From Cyanidioschyzon merolae (lineage: Eukaryota): DNA of 64,000 nt. The notes beneath the pieces are model-generated. The model made no database searches. It saw only the letters and a list, made by a program, of their open reading frames with translations, and was not told where the DNA came from. The stretch is taken from assembly GCA_000091205.1 (NCBI GenBank), contig AP006499.2; one strand, written 5' to 3'. Numbering within the stretch: position 1 is the first letter of the stretch; every line of letters begins with the position of its first letter. Position numbers and translations under genes: made by a program. This document shows positions 1 to 10,979 of the stretch, piece by piece.

Positions 1-843
1 GCTTGGTTCATCACTCGGTACATGCTCTTCAACGGTACTTCAGGCTCCTCCGATGCCCTTTACCGTATCCGCTCCCGGTACCGTACCGTGGAGTCATGGA
101 CGAGTGCGGCTGCGGGTTTCTCCGGGCGATGCCCCTGGTGAGTACGCTGCTCGCTGGTTACGCAAGAGTACGCTCTTCCATTCGATCAAGCATTTGCAGA
201 TAGAAGAATCATCCATGATGGAACAAATCCGGGAAGGAAATACAGGTTTGGAGAACACCTCAAGAACGTTTGATCTGCGTACGCGCCCAACGAGCAACAA
301 ATAGACGCGTTTCTGTCTCTCTCGAAGGGAATCAATCATGGGACGTCAAGAGGTCAGTGAACTTTCGGATTCCGCTCTTGAAGAATTCGTGAAAAGATAA
401 TGACGAGAGTTTATCGTCGTCGATCCAAGGGCGCGAATCACGGCATCCACAAGATGCCGTGAAACCAAACATTGAAAACTTGAAGCATGCGTAGCTTGAG
501 CATGCTACACGTCAGAAAAGGAGAAGCGTGGATACTTGTATGGATGGATTGGATAAGAATAGCGAAAATGTTCTGAACGATTGTTAGAGAACGTCGCGAA
601 TGATCTTCATGTCAGGTGTCGTTACGAATTCTAGCGGCAACAACTCGGAGCCACCCCGAAACGACTCTCGATCATCCTGAAACAATTTCGAGTCCCTTAA
701 CCTTCATTGCTGCACTTCGGATACTTTTGTTGTCCAACAAAAGAGTTCGGAAACAAACCATCGAAATGCAAGCACAGAACGAGCAGTCCAGGATTCCAGT
801 TTATGCGGACTCTGGTACACCAGACGACGAACAGACCCAAACG

Positions 844-3800
844 CTATGCCGCGTGATGCGTCTGCGTGAGAAAAGCGCCCATTCGACTCCAACTCGCGTA
901 CTTTGGCCAAAAACGCCTCCCGTGTCTTTTGCTCTTACGATGTTTCGAGGCACCGCTTGTTGCATCGTCTGGCGATGCTGTACCAGCCACGGGGGGTTCC
1001 AGTGACGAGCCCGTCTCTCGTTGGTGCACATTCGGGCCAGTTGCTGTGGCCTTGGTGGGCGCTGGTGACGTATCCGCTGTTCCCAGCGCGGACGAAAGCG
1101 TCTCCAGATGAACTGTCTCAGAGGATGCGTCGACACATGCAAAACGCATCATCTGACGTAACACGCGTGCACACAACACACTCAGCGTCTTGGAGGTAGC
1201 GATAGACCCCGACGATGACGAGCGCTCGCGACTAGCTCCCAGGAGAAGCTCCAGCAACGCCACTACCGTCGGAGCGATCCGCTGCAGCCGCTCCACATCC
1301 CCATGCATGCCGGCGAACTGCACGAGTTGCTCAAGCAGCTGAACGGCAGCAGTCTGGGCATCCGCGATCGATGCCTGCAGGTTTCGCATCGAAAAACAAA
1401 AAGGACCGCTCTCCTCGGCGTACGTCTGCATACGCTGCACCCAGTGGCTGCTCCAGCGGGCTCGTAAATACCACAACGCTGCGAAGACGCATGCGTCCAG
1501 ATAGTCCTGGGTGAAAGCGGCTTCTTCTGGACCGTGTACCGCGGTGAGCGCTGTAGCGATTGCCGTACTCACCGGGGCACTGAGCGCTCGAAAAACAGAC
1601 TGTGCATCAGTGCCAATGCCGCGGAAACCTGCCACCAGTTCGTTTCGGGCATGCTGCTCGAGCACAGCCAACACTAAGCGCAATGTTTCCAGGGCATAGA
1701 CGATGCGATCGATATCGGGACGGGTTATAAACTCCTGGTGATCGTTCAGGATCGGGTACGACTCACACAGCAGCAGGCCGAGTAGCGGCCCCAGGACCAG
1801 TTCAGGTGCCAGACGCACGGCGCTGCGTACGAAACGTTCAGCTTCAATCCGGCTCGCCGAGTTTTCACTGCGCAGCGCATCCAGAGCCAGAAAGAGACAA
1901 TTACTGGAAAGCGACTGGGCTAGCCTGAGTTCCCGTGCGAGGCAGAACGCTTGGCGAAAGATAGCCAAATGCTCGACAGGCGAGCCCCATTCACCTTTCA
2001 GGGCAGCGGCGATGTAAGCCTGACACTCCGTCGGATAGAATTCCTGTAGCGAGTACCAGAGCAGTGCTGCCTGACGTCCATACGGAAGCAGCGACGGATG
2101 CAGGAACAGCCAGCACTGCGGAATGAGAAGATCACGAAACTTCTCGATAGGCACAGACGCAAGCAAGTCCACGGATGCGGTGCACTGTTGAGAGGCGCTA
2201 TCCAGCAAGTCTAGGTAATGATCCAGGCCGAGCAACATAAGCGGGAGCGTTCGGCAAACCGCCAGCTGCACAGCATCCTCAAGTGCACTTGCCACCCGCG
2301 TCTGCAGTAGCACGACGGTATCGGCAGTATCATTCACCGTCATTTCCGAGGACGAGGTAGCCCGCGCCCCATTCGGTGCAGCGGAGACGCCAGCGCTCAC
2401 GTCAGAGCAGGCATCCTCGCCCTCGGCGAAAGCGCAGATGCTCAAGGCAAGCTGGACAAGCTCAGCAATGAGGTCACAGCCAGCACGCGCATCCTCGACG
2501 AGCCACGGCTCGCAAGCGAAACGATACGAGCGTAAGCGTTCGAGGCAGAAGCTGGCAGCTCCTTCGGGCAGATCCCCGTGTGTAAGGCGGTTTCGCTCCA
2601 GCCAGGGTCGCCAGATGCGTTTTTCTACTGTTTCCAAGAGGCGCAGCGCTTGCGTAAAGATGGATAACTTGGTCGCGGGATCAGAGTCACGGAGTGCTAT
2701 CCGAATGGCAGAGACAACTCTGGCTAGCACTGTAAAGTGATGCCGCCACTCCAGTGCAGGCAGCTGCGTTTCGGGGCAGCACGGGCCCTGCAGGCGAGCG
2801 CACAAGATCACTGCGTACCGACAGGTATCGAGCACCTGTCCCAGCATGGACAATGATGGTAGCCCCGCGTACGCTACCACAAAAAGGAGACATTCAAAGA
2901 GCACCCGCAGCGACCTGGGTGGTTCCAGTTGACTCTCCATTTGGTGAAGCTGGTGGTGAAGCATTCCCCAGACCTGATCCGGTCCGAGCAGCTGCAGTGC
3001 TTCCCGCAGAGAATGCTCCACGGCCGACCACATCTTGGCCAGTGCGGGTAGCGCAGCTGTCAAACCAGGGGCCTCAGCTGGCCGCAGTTCGCTTCGTGGC
3101 GCTCCTCCAGGCGGCAAACATCCATGGTGCGGCTCCCGCAACAGCCTCTGGATCGATGGATCCATCTCGATCGGTGCGAATGCCTCTGGTGCTTGCGTCA
3201 GCGGCAACGTCGACGACGACGACGACTGCTGCTGCTGCTGCTGCAGTAGCACCAATCGACCGAGTCGCCAGGTGGTGCTCACGAGAATCCGCTCCAGATG
3301 TTCGCGGAGGCACTGGCGCTGAGCGAGCTTGCGTAAGACTTGCGCGAGTGTCAGCGCAGCATCTGCTATCCAGAGCGGATCCTGGGTAAACGCTGCCGCA
3401 GACACCAGTGATGCCGTTTCACTCGCGCCGTCTGCTAGTGCATCTGAGGCAGCCTTTTTGGGCGCATGAGGACACGCACCTGTTGCAGCTGTTACCGCTG
3501 GCGTGGCGAGACTGACCGCTTTGGTACCCGTGAACACGCTCTGTTCGATGCCCCATGCCCCGATATCCTGCAGAATCTCCTCTACAACCGCTTGGAAAAG
3601 ATGTTCCGCTGGCTGATCTTCCATCCAGGCATAGAGACGCTTTCGCAGGGATGCATCCTCGCGGAGGACGACCAACAACGCCTGGGCTAGAAGCGTTTTC
3701 GATTCCACTTCTGTAAAGAGGATTGCAGTCTCCCTTACGCGCAGCAAGGGAATGTGCTCGAGGCGCACTGGTTGCAGCTTTTCGACCGGCTGGTGCTCCA

Positions 3801-5376
3801 TCGGAACGAATCCGATCGTTTGCAGCATCAGATCTAGGGCTTGGCGAACGACCAGGGCGCTCCCGTCCATTAGAGCCCGCTCTAGTGCTGCAGTAACCAG
3901 CCCCGTGTTACCGAACAACGCAGCCCGGCTGACCGGTGTGACTCCGTCTGGTGTCGACGGAGTGCGGGCCTCGTCGTCGAGTTTCAAAAGATACTGCATC
4001 GTCACAAGCCGGAGACGCGACGCAAGCGACGACTCAGCATGGTGCGTTTGGTCCAAGTCGGCTTGTTGCAGTGCCCGAAATGAAATGAGATTTGCGGTGC
4101 TGACACCCTCTCGCTTTGGTGCAATCCATCGAGCGCTTCGTACTTTTGGGCGAGCGCGTACCGCTCGAGGGCCCCTTGGAGAAGCAGTACGCATCGCCAG
4201 CGATCGATCTGTAGGTGTGGCACTTGCTAACGCTGCGGGCATCCATTCGGATACCATCCAACCATTAAAATCCATGCAGAGCATTGCCCGCCACAATGCT
4301 TCCGCGAAGAACGCATCATCACTGAGGTTCTGTCGAACTTGGGCAAGCAGGTCGCTCGCTTGCACGTCGGAAAGGTCTGTGCTGGAGGCGGCTGGAACCT
4401 CGTCCAGCGCTGGTAGCAGCCCCTGCACCAAACCAGCGATTACAGGCCGCAGTGGGCTCCAGTTGCCAGCAGATGTGTCAAGACGAGCAGGGTCGAATGT
4501 AGCATGCCCTGCAGTGGGTTGCTGGTCGACCGCTATCCAGCTGGTCGTGCGTTTCGGTTCCAGTTCAACGAGGGTGCCCTCTGCGCTCGAGAGCGATTGC
4601 GAGGCACCTTCGAAATTGGATGCTTCCCGCACAGCAGCAGCAGACGACAGGCTCGGCAGAGGATGTTCTCCGGTTGGCACATCGAGCGTGCTGTCGAGGA
4701 GTTTGGCATCTTCAGAGACTGCCGCATGCCTTGATGGAGAAGCACCAGGCCCAGGCAACACGGAAGCAGCTGCTCGCGGCTGCTGAGTGTCGGAACGTGA
4801 CCTCGTGCGGTCGTTTGGCACCGTCCAGCCCGGTGCGACGTCCGACATTGAAGCATCTGGACTCGTTCCTTGCCATGGAGCAGCGGAGACCAAGGTCGAC
4901 TGTGGCTGACTCGCAGGCAGCAGGTGCTCTGCGCGCAGCACGACGATATAGCGACGGTAGATGTCTAGAAGCTTTGGTCGGACCGCCGTCGAGCAGTAGC
5001 TCATGAGCGGAAACAAGCCCACAGCATAGATGCTTAGATCTCTTGCCAGTCTCCTGGCTCCGATTCGCTGAAAGATCAGCTCATAGACCTCCAGCGCTTT
5101 GAGGTGCAAGCCCGCAGGAAAGCCCCCGTACAAGCAGTGTGCAAGCCACTTGGAAAGCGCGTACTTTTCCGGGATGAAGGCGTGCTGCGCGTGTCGATTG
5201 AGGCAACGTCTTACTTCACCCAGTTGCGAGGCATAGTCTGCCCAGTCGCTGGCCTTTTCGAAACGGAGTAGCACCGCGGAAAGCTCCGCACGGAACGCTC
5301 GGTACTTGACCGCCTGTAGTGCAGGCGGTGCGTCATCCTCTGCATCGTACACGGCAGGGTCATACTCTTCAGCCAT
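844..5376 (-). CDS. DOP1: Dopey/DOP1-family protein (1510 aa, single exon)
   Basis: The ATG at 5376 was verified. The N-terminal ~150 aa align closely to the Dopey N-terminal domain, with motifs such as FEKASDWADYASQLGEV and LHLKALEVYELIFQRIGARRLARDLSIYAVGLFPLMSYCSTAVRPKLLDIYRRY that match the human DOPEY consensus. A long helical C-terminal region follows, and the ORF has no internal stops. It contains a (GAC)5(GCT)7 tract at 3212-3245 that encodes A7V5. Confidence 0.8.
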   Translation of the reverse strand: MAEEYDPAVYDAEDDAPPALQAVKYRAFRAELSAVLLRFEKASDWADYASQLGEVRRCLNRHAQHAFIPEKYALSKWLAHCLYGGFPAGLHLKALEVYELIFQRIGARRLARDLSIYAVGLFPLMSYCSTAVRPKLLDIYRRYIVVLRAEHLLPASQPQSTLVSAAPWQGTSPDASMSDVAPGWTVPNDRTRSRSDTQQPRAAASVLPGPGASPSRHAAVSEDAKLLDSTLDVPTGEHPLPSLSSAAAVREASNFEGASQSLSSAEGTLVELEPKRTTSWIAVDQQPTAGHATFDPARLDTSAGNWSPLRPVIAGLVQGLLPALDEVPAASSTDLSDVQASDLLAQVRQNLSDDAFFAEALWRAMLCMDFNGWMVSEWMPAALASATPTDRSLAMRTASPRGPRAVRARPKVRSARWIAPKREGVSTANLISFRALQQADLDQTHHAESSLASRLRLVTMQYLLKLDDEARTPSTPDGVTPVSRAALFGNTGLVTAALERALMDGSALVVRQALDLMLQTIGFVPMEHQPVEKLQPVRLEHIPLLRVRETAILFTEVESKTLLAQALLVVLREDASLRKRLYAWMEDQPAEHLFQAVVEEILQDIGAWGIEQSVFTGTKAVSLATPAVTAATGACPHAPKKAASDALADGASETASLVSAAAFTQDPLWIADAALTLAQVLRKLAQRQCLREHLERILVSTTWRLGRLVLLQQQQQQSSSSSTLPLTQAPEAFAPIEMDPSIQRLLREPHHGCLPPGGAPRSELRPAEAPGLTAALPALAKMWSAVEHSLREALQLLGPDQVWGMLHHQLHQMESQLEPPRSLRVLFECLLFVVAYAGLPSLSMLGQVLDTCRYAVILCARLQGPCCPETQLPALEWRHHFTVLARVVSAIRIALRDSDPATKLSIFTQALRLLETVEKRIWRPWLERNRLTHGDLPEGAASFCLERLRSYRFACEPWLVEDARAGCDLIAELVQLALSICAFAEGEDACSDVSAGVSAAPNGARATSSSEMTVNDTADTVVLLQTRVASALEDAVQLAVCRTLPLMLLGLDHYLDLLDSASQQCTASVDLLASVPIEKFRDLLIPQCWLFLHPSLLPYGRQAALLWYSLQEFYPTECQAYIAAALKGEWGSPVEHLAIFRQAFCLARELRLAQSLSSNCLFLALDALRSENSASRIEAERFVRSAVRLAPELVLGPLLGLLLCESYPILNDHQEFITRPDIDRIVYALETLRLVLAVLEQHARNELVAGFRGIGTDAQSVFRALSAPVSTAIATALTAVHGPEEAAFTQDYLDACVFAALWYLRARWSSHWVQRMQTYAEESGPFCFSMRNLQASIADAQTAAVQLLEQLVQFAGMHGDVERLQRIAPTVVALLELLLGASRERSSSSGSIATSKTLSVLCARVLRQMMRFACVDASSETVHLETLSSALGTADTSPAPTKATATGPNVHQRETGSSLEPPVAGTASPDDATSGASKHRKSKRHGRRFWPKYASWSRMGAFLTQTHHAA

Positions 5377-7285
5377 AAAATAGTACTTGAAAGGTGTCTA
5401 CGACCAGAATATGCAACTTGACCTAAGGATGTCGGCACTGAACGCTTTTTGCGTCTTCCAGGACGGCACCTGTCTCGTCGGTGACAGTGCAGCGGGTAAC
5501 GGCCTTGCGCCCGCTGGCTGGCATTATGTTTCGCAGAACGCTCGAGGTCTGGTTTGCCTCGTGTGTCGTCGCGGTCGGAAACTGGCGAAACTGCTATTCT
5601 AGATAGACGCTGGCGTTGCATGACGTTCAAGCGGTGCGTTTAACTCGATAACCAGTGCACCAATGGAGCCTGCAAGCCAGGGTGCGTGTTGGAGCTCAAC
5701 GTCGATCAGGGTATACGTTCGTTTCCGGGTGCACTGGTATGTGTACTAGAGGCGTTATTCCGAGACGGGAAGTTGCCGATTATGTGGGGTAACCGTTTTG
5801 CTCGATACAATTTCTTCTGACTCCCGTTGATTCCTCTGCGTCGGACGCGTTTCCGGTACGGTTCGGACGAGGAAAGCTACTGCTCTCCCGGAGCGCTGCG
5901 AGAAAGCGAAGGCGCCTTGTTCGAGTACCTGCTTCGTATCCGCGTTTTCGTGAACAGGGCGCTTATTCTTCAGTGGTCAGAGTGCACTGGGCTGGAGCGT
6001 GCCCGCACCAGGCGACACAACGCAACTAGCACTACCGCAGGCGCGTACGAGCCTGCGAAGTAGGCGAGCACCTTGCGGAAGGTTAGGCGGGAAACAGAGG
6101 AACGCGTCCCATCGAGTCTAGTTTTGGTATGGACCACAGAGGACGCTATATTCTGTGCAGAAAGCATTTGCGTACGAAAATGTTCATTTTGTGGTGTAGG
6201 ACTGACGAATCCACCACGACTGTACTGGACATGCGCATCCAGCGGATTCCCGTCCGTGAGATTTGGGCTTCTGCATCGATGGATACGCGTTTCATTTCAC
6301 AAAGTACAGAGACCTTCCAGGGATGTGAGGCTCGTTGAAACTAGCGATCGTTTGGGCGCTGAGCCTGCCACCAACGCAGTTCGGAGATACGATGGCCTTT
6401 TCGCACCCTGTGGGACGTCGGCTTGGAACGTACCAAGGTGTGAACCCGCGTTTCTGCTCTGCAATAGAGCACTCGCTGCGAATCATTCATGCCGTCGCTG
6501 TCCTGGGAAGCTACAAAGCTGCAGCGCATGGAACCTGCTCGACGCTGGCCTCGTTGCGTTCTGGAAGCTGCAGTACCGATGCGACACTGTGGCAGAGAGG
6601 AATGTGGACACAGCACTACTGATGATGAGCTGCAAGCATGACGATCGCTATCATCATCGTCATCGTCCATATGCGCGATTACCTTCGAATCGGTACTTGT
6701 TGGTGCGCCTTGCAATGGAGAAGCACAAGGCGCATTTACACAAAGAGTTTGACGCGATGTTCATCGAAAGGAAGACACATTTACCTGCTAAGCGTTTTAC
6801 AACGGGGTTGTGGCGACAAGGGTTGCGCGTCTCTCACGAGAAAGTGCCGTAGCAGGTGAGCCCGCTGTAGCAGCCGTCATCGAGTCCGCTAGACAAGCGG
6901 CTCAACACAAACGTCCCAGAATATTCGAATAACGCTTGCTGGGAGATATTTTGCGAGCCTGGTGTCATCCGTCACTGCCAGACCATGCGAACCACCTCCA
7001 CGGAAGCATTCGTAGACGGATCGAAATGGTGCTGACGCTGCCTCGCGTCGCCTCAAGGCACAAGGTAATCTCGAGCCTTAACGTCCCACAGCTGTGCCAG
7101 CAAGCGCGTCAAAGAGACCCAGTCCTGACCCAAGAGATGTGATGCTGTCTCTGTTCCTGGCTGCGCAGTTGGGCGCATCGCTCGATCATTTCCGCCACGT
7201 GATAGCAAATCGTCCTCCATAACGACAGCTGGGAAATGGTTCCTTTTTAGGCACGCAGGCACACCGCTTGGTACCATCCGCTCGC

Positions 7286-8512
7286 TCAGTGCTCGACGTG
7301 AGCGCTCCCATGATGTATTGTGCACACAGCGCTTTCTGCGCTCGCCGGTGGACGCCAAGACTTGGCCATGATCCAGCGATAGACCCGAGTGGGTATCCAG
7401 ACAGCCACTGCCATCACAATGTGATCCATGATCCATGGAAACCCGTAATGGTCGCCCCTGCGTAAGAGTGCCCATATAATATGATCTGCTGCTGCATCTG
7501 GCGAGAGACAGCACGGTTTCCAGTGCCGCTGATGGGCGATCGCAGGCGTGTCTACGAAACCTGGACAAACTGTGACTAATCGTACCCTGTGATCGCCAGC
7601 GATCCGAAGCTCCATGCGGAGGCTCTCTGTGAGGTAATTGAGCGCGGCCTTGGTTGCCCCGTAGAGCGCTCCACCGGGTAACGCCCGATACGCTGCCAGC
7701 GATGACACGACAACCACATCTAGGTTCTCGACAAGTGCAGAGGACTCGTTGGGTGCCGATGCAATGATGTCCTTTGTGGATGCTTGTTGATCGCTCGGAC
7801 GACACGAGGCGGGAATTTTCGTTTGAAGGAGGTCTCGAAAGGCATCTACGATCTTGAGTCGGGCTCGATGCTCGGGGATACCACTGCTACTCGGACTGGG
7901 CTTCGATTTCCGGGCACGAGATCGGGTTCTGTTGACGTCTACGCTGCAGTTGTGTCCTGATGCTTTGGTCGGTTCGTTCGGGGCAGAGAGCAGCTCCCGA
8001 AGAAGCCGATGAAGGATACGCGCTGGTGCCCACAGGTTGGTCTCGAGTACTTCCCGCAGCGTGTCGAGGCTCGTGTCCACAAAGAGACATCCATTCTGGT
8101 TCACGCCGGCGTTCAGAATAACAACGGAAACACCGAGTTGAAGAACACGCTGCAGGACGTGGTCCAGCTCGTTGCCACTTGCCCGCAAGTTCACTGGTTC
8201 GATGACCACAGCCGGTTTGTCCATTTCCCGGGTGTCCGTCGATGCGGTTGCTTTACCCGCGAGTGCCTCTGATACCTGGGCAGCGAGCGACTCTAGCAAC
8301 TCGACGCGTCGTGCACTGACGACGACCCGAGCCCCGTAAAAGACAGCGAGTCGAAAGGCTAGCGCCCTCCCGATCCCAGACGAAGCACCAGTGACCCAAA
8401 CGACTCGTCCTCTTAGGCTCGCTCGACGTGCCCGCAGGTCGTAGTGAACGCTAACTCGCCATAGAACCCAACAAAACGCAAAGATCGCGACGAGTGTCCA
8501 GATGAGCGTCAT
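7286..8512 (-). CDS. Short-chain dehydrogenase/reductase (SDR) with N-terminal TM helix and internal low-complexity insert
   Basis: The TGASSGIG Rossmann motif (WVTGASSGIGRALAF) and the catalytic YxxxK (YGATKAALNYL) are both present. The N-terminus is hydrophobic. The ORF-track start at 8578 is GTG, so the first ATG at 8512 (MTLIWTLVAIF...) was used. Confidence 0.75.
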   Translation of the reverse strand: MTLIWTLVAIFAFCWVLWRVSVHYDLRARRASLRGRVVWVTGASSGIGRALAFRLAVFYGARVVVSARRVELLESLAAQVSEALAGKATASTDTREMDKPAVVIEPVNLRASGNELDHVLQRVLQLGVSVVILNAGVNQNGCLFVDTSLDTLREVLETNLWAPARILHRLLRELLSAPNEPTKASGHNCSVDVNRTRSRARKSKPSPSSSGIPEHRARLKIVDAFRDLLQTKIPASCRPSDQQASTKDIIASAPNESSALVENLDVVVVSSLAAYRALPGGALYGATKAALNYLTESLRMELRIAGDHRVRLVTVCPGFVDTPAIAHQRHWKPCCLSPDAAADHIIWALLRRGDHYGFPWIMDHIVMAVAVWIPTRVYRWIMAKSWRPPASAESAVCTIHHGSAHVEH

Positions 8513-10979
8513 CGCCGCCAACGTCGTTACCCGACGAAACAGTGGGAGCGCGAAACAGCCGAAACTGTGGAGCAGCACGCGAGCTCGTAGAAACAGCTTC
8601 TCCCACCGACTACCGGTATCCGAGACACTGCAAGCCGTTCCGCGGGCGTAGCAAGCCGGTACCCATACCTAGTCGCTGCAACAACTGAAGCTGCTCGCTC
8701 TGATACCAGATCCAGCAAAGGGATGACGTGTTGCACTGGGATGCCTCAAGCGCCCTATTCCCGACGCGGGTATCCATGCACCGGGGCTTGCTGCTGGAGC
8801 AAAAAGTCGTTTACAGACTATCATATCATAGAAGGCTCCAAAGAGAGCACCATCTCGCTTTATGATCTTTGACGGCAGTGAAGCTTTGCAACCAGCGGGG
8901 TGCAGTCCGCTCCGATTTGATGATTTTTTGCTGGTGGACAGAAAGTGTGAACCTCTTGCGCACTTGAGTATGGTCTCCTCGCGTTACATAGGCAGCCCGG
9001 TGTGAAACATGAGGTCCTGAACGGGCTCCCAAGCACTGTCACACTCGCCAATGGACACACTCGGCTTCCGAGGTACCGCGCATGCCTCACACTGGGCGAC
9101 ATCGAAACGTCGCCGAAAACGAACCCCTCGAGGAACGGTTTTTGGTACTCGCCCCAGAGTCGATGCATCCAGCTGGGCGTGCCGGGAGGCGCAACTGCAG
9201 CCGCAACCGCCAACGTCTATTGGAGGTCATCCTGAACCCGTTCACGGGAATCCACTGGACCATGCAAGGCCCGCGAGATGAAGCAGGTTCGGTGTATAAA
9301 CTGCGCGGTTCTAGGCGTTGAGGAGCGCTCGCGCCCAGTACCCAGGCACCCGAATGATTTTCCAACCTTCTACTCGGGCCTGTCACGAGCCCCGATGAAA
9401 TCTACGGTAAACTGGATGAATTGATGGCATCCTACGGCTGATGGCATTCGAGCCATAGCTCCATGTGGCCTTGGCGTCTCCGAGTCCGGGACTCGTAGAC
9501 GTGCCTCAGGGCGCTCTTTAGATGCGAATGATAGAAAGCATGTGCTTGCGCGTACACCTGTCGAGAACGGTCCTTTTCGGTTCGTGACTCTCGTTCAATA
9601 AAGGCCGCCGAATAAGAAGCGACATGCAAGCAGCCTCGTGCTCAACAGAGTTTCGGCCGCTGCTACAGCTACTGCTGCTGCTGCACCACGCGAACTTTGA
9701 GCATCGGTGTTTCGTGCACTACTGACGATGCTCTGCGTCTTCACTGCATAAGCCTTAACGACACTATCCATGCTGCTGTTTGAGCTAGGCCCCAGCATCT
9801 CCAAACACGAGCAGATGGGTAGGGGCGTCAAGCACACGTGCACAGCACACTCTCTCTCGAACGTAATTTCCAATGAGATGCCGCCCTTGGTGCTTTAAAC
9901 GAATGCTGCCACATTCCATTTTAAGAGTTATCGACTTGTCTTTCCCATTCGTCCCTCGCAGTGGTAGGATCGATGATGCATCTGACCACTTGATTTGATC
10001 GGAGATTCCAGAGGATCGTGGACAGCAGGCAGCGCGGCTCTCGGAATGCCTGTACGGATATAGTTCAAAGAATTCCATCAAGCCGAGCGAGGGGTAAACG
10101 AGGACCCATCGAGTGAGAGGGACCAAAGGCCGGTGAAAAAGAAACAGAAACTGACCACTAAATACCCATGACCCGATGACATTTTCCCCGCGTCTGTGGA
10201 AAGCGTTGCAAAGGGCGAAGTTTTCCGTTTTTTCGAAGGTTTACCGCCTAGGTGCAAGTTCCTGCGAGCTGAACGAGTCCACTGAGCAGTTGCTCTGTGC
10301 GGCTCGGCAGTGGCGAGGCCGTAGCAACACGTCCACAAAGCATTTATTCTAGGACTAGAAGTGGGTAGCGTTCATCCACGTGTCGTCATGGTCGCAGCGG
10401 TTTCCGAGTCTATCGCTTTGTGCTGCCGCATGTTGTAGGTCTGTCTGCAGAGCTTGCCGGCTCCCAGAATGATAATTAGCCGTGATTCCGTGTCAGGCGT
10501 AGGATTCTGCGAGCCGACGCCCTCAGCGGTGTGGCAGAGCCATTCTGTCTCCATGCAGCATCCGTACCAGCGGTATAAGCACCAGTGCGGGTACTCACAA
10601 TAATCACTCGGCGCATAGTAGAACGTACAAAATGACCCGTATATCCGAAAGAGAGTTTCCGTCATGGAACTTAAAGATAGCATGTATCATGATGGACGCT
10701 TTCCCGAATGCCATGATTCATCGCGCAACCTCAGATCCCTGCTCAGTGGACGAATTTTTTGTCATCGAAAAAAGGATTCGCAGATGCCGCTACGAGTTGC
10801 AGCCATTGCCAAGTACAGCCTCGAAAGGCATTGTGCAACTGAACCTAACAGCAGCTTCAGGACGTGTCTTTCTTAAAGACGAACGCTTCGGAATCCAGCA
10901 CGATTTTCGAACCCCATAACGCGTCTGCTTTCTGGGGTTATTAGGAGCTTGCGTTCGCCAGGTTGCGGTGCGTTTCGAC

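Noticed and set aside
2754-4786. Long + strand ORFs (211 and 344 aa) inside the DOP1 locus
   Set aside because: They are antisense to a confidently homologous CDS. GC-rich sequence produces long stop-free antisense frames, and there is no homology.
6073-6852. 259-aa + strand ORF in the DOP1/SDR intergenic region
   Set aside because: It starts with TTG and has no ATG until near the end, and no homology. It is probably a chance open frame.
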